Assembly: GCA_043228905.1 (NCBI GenBank)
Contig: JBHGNT010000430.1
Span: 1 to 26,107 of the forward strand
Direction of reading: 5' to 3'
DNA: 26,107 nt
From: Azolla caroliniana
Lineage: Eukaryota > Plantae > Polypodiophyta
Under the pieces are notes generated by a model that saw only the letters and a program-made list of their open reading frames with translations, made no database searches and had not been told where the DNA came from. Of this stretch, positions 20,140-26,107 are shown one piece after another. The position numbers were made by a program, and so were the translations under genes. Each line of letters starts with the position of its first letter. The first letter of the stretch is position 1.

Positions 20140-21005
20140 TGCGATTGTCCTTATGATCCCGGTGCTTGTCTCCTAATGGATTGTATTGACATTGCTCCCT
20201 CCACCTTTAATATATACACATGGCCATGCAATCAGAGCACATGCATGTCACTCACCACTCCCATTACCATAACGTGTGTGTCCCTGCGTACAACTCTTGC
20301 CCAAGACCCATACCAACTAGTCCACCCTCCCACACGTCTAGGCTAGTCCTAGGTGTCGTATTGTCACCAGACAATCTGGGCGCAACCTGTGGCGGGTACT
20401 CCTCCTCCTCCTCGCGCGAGAGCTTGTCGAGCAACATAACATTTATACATACGTAGGTAGATGTGCGCACTCGCGCGTGCGCGTAGGGGTGTGCGGGCAC
20501 GTGCACATTAAACTAGCACGCGCTAGTGCCGAGACACTAAGCACGCGGAGGCTACTGCGGGACGAGTGGTGGCTCCCGAGTGTGCTACATCGATGAACGT
20601 AGATAGACCGGTGTCCGTACTCGCTCGTTCGGACGAGGGGTTGGTAACGACGACGACAAGGAAAGCTAACCGGACTACCACACTAGGAGTGTCCTATCGG
20701 GCAAGTGTGGAAGCAAGTTCACATTCGCCGCGTGTACAAGTTGACCTTAGCCGTTGCCGTGGCGTGTGCGGTATGGGTGGGTGTTCCGCTTTGATGTTTT
20801 TTTTCCGTTTGGGTGGTTTGCGGTCCCTATAGGCAAATTCTATACGTTGGTGGTCGTGTCTACGTTCGTGTTGGAGGGACGTTGGTGCTCGTGTTTACGT
20901 TCGTGTGGGTGTAATGCGCGATTGGGGAGACGCACTTGTTCGTAAACACTTACGAGAAATTAGAGAGAGACCACGAGAATAATTTGAACAAGGTTTATGT
21001 ACTAT

Positions 21006-21791
21006 TTAGAAGCGACGAATACAAGCACGAGGGCGAAGATCGCACTGCTGGAGTAGGCGGGAGGCGGCGACGCCTAGAGCTCTTTCCTCGTCATCGGCCT
21101 TGAATTGGCGACGTTGTTGACGTTCGTCCTCTTGTCGTCGAGACATGCGGTGGCGGCGTTCGTCACCCTCTCGTCGCTCACGGCTGCTATCTCTCTCGCG
21201 CTCCTCGTCCTCTTCCTCCCAGCTACGGTGTTCCCTTGATTGTTGGCCATGGCGTCGGCCTTCATCATTGCGTCGTTCCTCCTCGTCAGCATACAAGGCA
21301 TCACGTAGGCGATCGCATCGATCTTCGGCGGGGATTCGTTCGACGTTCCTGCAGCACCGTTCCGAGGGTCTTGAGTATCGAGTGTTTTCGATCCATGGGG
21401 AGCGACGTCCTTGTTCACCTTCCTCTCTTTCGGAGCGCTCTTGTAGCTCTCGGATCTGCTTGTCGATGAAATCACCGCACTCTCGCCTCAGTTCCTCGTC
21501 ACGTGGCTCATCGCGACCACGGCTACGACGTTCCCTTTCCTCTTCGGAGTCTCTCTTGTTGTCTCTGTAGCGGCGCCCCTCCTCAAGGAACCCCTCACGA
21601 CGTCGCTCGCGCCTCTCGTCATCGCACTCCCCCTCTCGGCGTCGGTCGCGCCTCTCCTCGTCAATGTCTCCCTCACGACGTCGATCGCGTCGCTCCTCTT
21701 CACGGTCCCGCCCTACAGACCTAGCATTGGCCGCGGTACACGCGGCGAGCATGATCACGGCCATGAGGAATACGGAAGTAAGCTTTGCCAT
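21006..21791 (-). CDS. 2S albumin-like storage protein precursor, copy 13
   Basis: Translation identical to copy 1; Q248 = CAG. Confidence 0.9.
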   Translation of the reverse strand: MAKLTSVFLMAVIMLAACTAANARSVGRDREEERRDRRREGDIDEERRDRRREGECDDERRERRREGFLEEGRRYRDNKRDSEEERERRSRGRDEPRDEELRRECGDFIDKQIRELQERSEREEGEQGRRSPWIENTRYSRPSERCCRNVERIPAEDRCDRLRDALYADEEERRNDEGRRHGQQSREHRSWEEEDEERERDSSRERREGDERRHRMSRRQEDERQQRRQFKADDEERALGVAASRLLQQCDLRPRACIRRF

Positions 21792-22658
21792 TGCGATTGT
21801 CCTTATGATCCCGGTGCTTGTCTCCTAATGGATTGTATTGACATTGCTCCCTCCACCTTTAATATATACACATGGCCATGCAATCAGAGCACATGCATGT
21901 CACTCACCACTCCCATTACCATAACGTGTGTGTCCCTGCGTACAACTCTTGCCCAAGACCCATACCAACTAGTCCACCCTCCCACACGTCTAGGCTAGTC
22001 CTAGGTGTCGTATTGTCACCAGACAATCTGGGCGCAACCTGTGGCGGGTACTCCTCCTCCTCCTCGCGCGAGAGCTTGTCGAGCAACATAACATTTATAC
22101 ATACGTAGGTAGATGTGCGCACTCGCGCGTGCGCGTAGGGGTGTGCGGGCACGTGCACATTAAACTAGCACGCGCTAGTGCCGAGACACTAAGCACGCGG
22201 AGGCTACTGCGGGACGAGTGGTGGCTCCCGGAGTGTGCTACATCGATGAACGTAGATAGACCGGTGTCCGTACTCGCTCGTTCGGACGAGGGGTTGGTAA
22301 CGACGACGACAAGGAAAGCTAACCGGACTACCACACTAGGAGTGTCCTATCGGGCAAGTGTGGAAGCAAGTTCACATTCGCCGCGTGTACAAGTTGACCT
22401 TAGCCGTTGCCGTGGCGTGTGCGGTATGGGTGGGTGTTCCGCTTTGATGTTTTTTTTCCGTTTGGGTGGTTTGCGGTCCCTATAGGCAAATTCTATACGT
22501 TGGTGGTCGTGTCTACGTTCGTGTTGGAGGGACGTTGGTGCTCGTGTTTACGTTCGTGTGGGTGTAATGCGCGATTGGGGAGACGCACTTGTTCGTAAAC
22601 ACTTACGAGAAATTAGAGAGAGACCACGAGAATAATTTGAACAAGGTTTATGTACTAT

Positions 22659-23444
22659 TTAGAAGCGACGAATACAAGCACGAGGGCGAAGATCGCACTG
22701 CTGGAGTAGGCGGGAGGCGGCGACGCCTAGAGCTCTTTCCTCGTCATCGGCCTTGAATTGGCGACGTTGTTGACGTTCGTCCTCTTGTCGTCGAGACATG
22801 CGGTGGCGGCGTTCGTCACCCTCTCGTCGCTCACGGCTGCTATCTCTCTCGCGCTCCTCGTCCTCTTCCTCCCAGCTACGGTGTTCCCTTGATTGTTGGC
22901 CATGGCGTCGGCCTTCATCATTGCGTCGTTCCTCCTCGTCAGCATACAAGGCATCACGTAGGCGATCGCATCGATCTTCGGCGGGGATTCGTTCGACGTT
23001 CCTGCAGCACCGTTCCGAGGGTCTTGAGTATCGAGTGTTTTCGATCCATGGGGAGCGACGTCCTTGTTCACCTTCCTCTCTTTCGGAGCGCTCTTGTAGC
23101 TCTCGGATCTGCTTGTCGATGAAATCACCGCACTCTCGCCTCAGTTCCTCGTCACGTGGCTCATCGCGACCACGGCTACGACGTTCCCTTTCCTCTTCGG
23201 AGTCTCTCTTGTTGTCTCTGTAGCGGCGCCCCTCCTCAAGGAACCCCTCACGACGTCGCTCGCGCCTCTCGTCATCGCACTCCCCCTCTCGGCGTCGGTC
23301 GCGCCTCTCCTCGTCAATGTCTCCCTCACGACGTCGATCGCGTCGCTCCTCTTCACGGTCCCGCCCTACAGACCTAGCATTGGCCGCGGTACACGCGGCG
23401 AGCATGATCACGGCCATGAGGAATACGGAAGTAAGCTTTGCCAT
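22659..23444 (-). CDS. 2S albumin-like storage protein precursor, copy 14
   Basis: Translation identical to copy 1; Q248 = CAG (C at 22701). Confidence 0.9.
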   Translation of the reverse strand: MAKLTSVFLMAVIMLAACTAANARSVGRDREEERRDRRREGDIDEERRDRRREGECDDERRERRREGFLEEGRRYRDNKRDSEEERERRSRGRDEPRDEELRRECGDFIDKQIRELQERSEREEGEQGRRSPWIENTRYSRPSERCCRNVERIPAEDRCDRLRDALYADEEERRNDEGRRHGQQSREHRSWEEEDEERERDSSRERREGDERRHRMSRRQEDERQQRRQFKADDEERALGVAASRLLQQCDLRPRACIRRF

Positions 23445-24311
23445 TGCGATTGTCCTTATGATCCCGGTGCTTGTCTCCTAATGGATTGTATTGACATTGC
23501 TCCCTCCACCTTTAATATATACACATGGCCATGCAATCAGAGCACATGCATGTCACTCACCACTCCCATTACCATAACGTGTGTGTCCCTGCGTACAACT
23601 CTTGCCCAAGACCCATACCAACTAGTCCACCCTCCCACACGTCTAGGCTAGTCCTAGGTGTCGTATTGTCACCAGACAATCTGGGCGCAACCTGTGGCGG
23701 GTACTCCTCCTCCTCCTCGCGCGAGAGCTTGTCGAGCAACATAACATTTATACATACGTAGGTAGATGTGCGCACTCGCGCGTGCGCGTAGGGGTGTGCG
23801 GGCACGTGCACATTAAACTAGCACGCGCTAGTGCCGAGACACTAAGCACGCGGAGGCTACTGCGGGACGAGTGGTGGCTCCCGGAGTGTGCTACATCGAT
23901 GAACGTAGATAGACCGGTGTCCGTACTCGCTCGTTCGGACGAGGGGTTGGTAACGACGACGACAAGGAAAGCTAACCGGACTACCACACTAGGAGTGTCC
24001 TATCGGGCAAGTGTGGAAGCAAGTTCACATTCGCCGCGTGTACAAGTTGACCTTAGCCGTTGCCGTGGCGTGTGCGGTATGGGTGGGTGTTCCGCTTTGA
24101 TGTTTTTTTTCCGTTTGGGTGGTTTGCGGTCCCTATAGGCAAATTCTATACGTTGGTGGTCGTGTCTACGTTCGTGTTGGAGGGACGTTGGTGCTCGTGT
24201 TTACGTTCGTGTGGGTGTAATGCGCGATTGGGGAGACGCACTTGTTCGTAAACACTTACGAGAAATTAGAGAGAGACCACGAGAATAATTTGAACAAGGT
24301 TTATGTACTAT

Positions 24312-25097
24312 TTAGAAGCGACGAATACAAGCACGAGGGCGAAGATCGCACTGTTGGAGTAGGCGGGAGGCGGCGACGCCTAGAGCTCTTTCCTCGTCAT
24401 CGGCCTTGAATTGGCGACGTTGTTGACGTTCGTCCTCTTGTCGTCGAGACATGCGGTGGCGGCGTTCGTCACCCTCTCGTCGCTCACGGCTGCTATCTCT
24501 CTCGCGCTCCTCGTCCTCTTCCTCCCAGCTACGGTGTTCCCTTGATTGTTGGCCATGGCGTCGGCCTTCATCATTGCGTCGTTCCTCCTCGTCAGCATAC
24601 AAGGCATCACGTAGGCGATCGCATCGATCTTCGGCGGGGATTCGTTCGACGTTCCTGCAGCACCGTTCCGAGGGTCTTGAGTATCGAGTGTTTTCGATCC
24701 ATGGGGAGCGACGTCCTTGTTCACCTTCCTCTCTTTCGGAGCGCTCTTGTAGCTCTCGGATCTGCTTGTCGATGAAATCACCGCACTCTCGCCTCAGTTC
24801 CTCGTCACGTGGCTCATCGCGACCACGGCTACGACGTTCCCTTTCCTCTTCGGAGTCTCTCTTGTTGTCTCTGTAGCGGCGCCCCTCCTCAAGGAACCCC
24901 TCACGACGTCGCTCGCGCCTCTCGTCATCGCACTCCCCCTCTCGGCGTCGGTCGCGCCTCTCCTCGTCAATGTCTCCCTCACGACGTCGATCGCGTCGCT
25001 CCTCTTCACGGTCCCGCCCTACAGACCTAGCATTGGCCGCGGTACACGCGGCGAGCATGATCACGGCCATGAGGAATACGGAAGTAAGCTTTGCCAT
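24312..25097 (-). CDS. 2S albumin-like storage protein precursor, copy 15
   Basis: Translation identical to copy 1; Q248 = CAA. Confidence 0.9.
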   Translation of the reverse strand: MAKLTSVFLMAVIMLAACTAANARSVGRDREEERRDRRREGDIDEERRDRRREGECDDERRERRREGFLEEGRRYRDNKRDSEEERERRSRGRDEPRDEELRRECGDFIDKQIRELQERSEREEGEQGRRSPWIENTRYSRPSERCCRNVERIPAEDRCDRLRDALYADEEERRNDEGRRHGQQSREHRSWEEEDEERERDSSRERREGDERRHRMSRRQEDERQQRRQFKADDEERALGVAASRLLQQCDLRPRACIRRF

Positions 25098-25964
25098 TGC
25101 GATTGTCCTTATGATCCCGGTGCTTGTCTCCTAATGGATTGTATTGACATTGCTCCCTCCACCTTTAATATATACACATGGCCATGCAATCAGAGCACAT
25201 GCATGTCACTCACCACTCCCATTACCATAACGTGTGTGTCCCTGCGTACAACTCTTGCCCAAGACCCATACCAACTAGTCCACCCTCCCACACGTCTAGG
25301 CTAGTCCTAGGTGTCGTATTGTCACCAGACAATCTGGGCGCAACCTGTGGCGGGTACTCCTCCTCCTCCTCGCGCGAGAGCTTGTCGAGCAACATAACAT
25401 TTATACATACGTAGGTAGATGTGCGCACTCGCGCGTGCGCGTAGGGGTGTGCGGGCACGTGCACATTAAACTAGCACGCGCTAGTGCCGAGACACTAAGC
25501 ACGCGGAGGCTACTGCGGGACGAGTGGTGGCTCCCGGAGTGTGCTACATCGATGAACGTAGATAGACCGGTGTCCGTACTCGCTCGTTCGGACGAGGGGT
25601 TGGTAACGACGACGACAAGGAAAGCTAACCGGACTACCACACTAGGAGTGTCCTATCGGGCAAGTGTGGAAGCAAGTTCACATTCGCCGCGTGTACAAGT
25701 TGACCTTAGCCGTTGCCGTGGCGTGTGCGGTATGGGTGGGTGTTCCGCTTTGATGTTTTTTTTCCGTTTGGGTGGTTTGCGGTCCCTATAGGCAAATTCT
25801 ATACGTTGGTGGTCGTGTCTACGTTCGTGTTGGAGGGACGTTGGTGCTCGTGTTTACGTTCGTGTGGGTGTAATGCGCGATTGGGGAGACGCACTTGTTC
25901 GTAAACACTTACGAGAAATTAGAGAGAGACCACGAGAATAATTTGAACAAGGTTTATGTACTAT

Positions 25965-26107
25965 TTAGAAGCGACGAATACAAGCACGAGGGCGAAGATC
26001 GCACTGTTGGAGTAGGCGGGAGGCGGCGACGCCTAGAGCTCTTTCCTCGTCATCGGCCTTGAATTGGCGACGTTGTTGACGTTCGTCCTCTTGTCGTCGA
26101 GACATGC
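25965..26107 (-). CDS. 2S albumin-like storage protein precursor, copy 16 (3' end only, truncated by window edge)
   Basis: TAA stop (tta at 25965-25967). Sequence matches 1200-1342 of copy 1; Q248 = CAA. Confidence 0.85.
   Translation of the reverse strand, partial: MSRRQEDERQQRRQFKADDEERALGVAASRLLQQCDLRPRACIRRF

Larger units (their letters stand above)
1..26107. repeat. Head-to-tail tandem gene array, ~1,653-bp unit, ~15.8 units, open at both window edges
   Basis: ATGs of the same minus-strand ORF at 326, 1985, 3638, 5291, 6943, 8595, 10247, 11900, 13553, 15181, 16834, 18487, 20139, 21791, 23444 and 25097. Periods are 1659, 1653, 1653, 1652, 1652, 1652, 1653, 1653, 1628, 1653, 1653, 1652, 1652, 1653, 1653, and each deviation is explained by an identified indel. 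Confidence 0.99.

Noticed and set aside
5730-22701. Eight-unit higher-order repeat (G-deletion blocks start 8 units apart and the CAG block is 8 units long)
   Set aside because: Block lengths differ (3 versus 2), the Q248 SNP does not repeat with period 8, and spacer 0 and spacer 8 do not share their private variants.
1-26107. CRISPR array, transposon, or synthetic/rolling-circle concatemer
   Set aside because: No repeat-spacer structure, TIR/LTR, transposase or vector sequence. Block-shared and private variants argue against a single-template concatemer, though raw reads are needed to exclude assembly artefact.

Overview
The whole window lies inside a head-to-tail tandem array of a ~1,653-bp unit that runs off both ends. 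Each unit carries one intronless minus-strand gene (786 bp, 261 aa) and an ~867-bp spacer holding the promoter of one copy and the 3' flank of the next. There are 15 complete and 2 edge-truncated copies, and all complete copies translate identically. The protein has a signal peptide and a prolamin-superfamily Cys skeleton most like a plant 2S albumin seed storage precursor, and the promoter fits this (TATA-like box, RY/CATGCA repeats, G-box/ACGT elements). It is atypical in four ways: it is much longer than usual, it is ~54% Arg+Glu+Asp by hand count, it has five 13-aa N-terminal repeats, and it appears to lack the C1-C5 disulfide pair while carrying an orphan Cys. The few variants between units fall in contiguous blocks and in all four two-site combinations, as expected from ongoing unequal crossover or gene conversion. 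The source looks like a land (probably seed) plant, but the species cannot be determined. Copies were compared by eye plus the ORF track, so a few variants may be missed.
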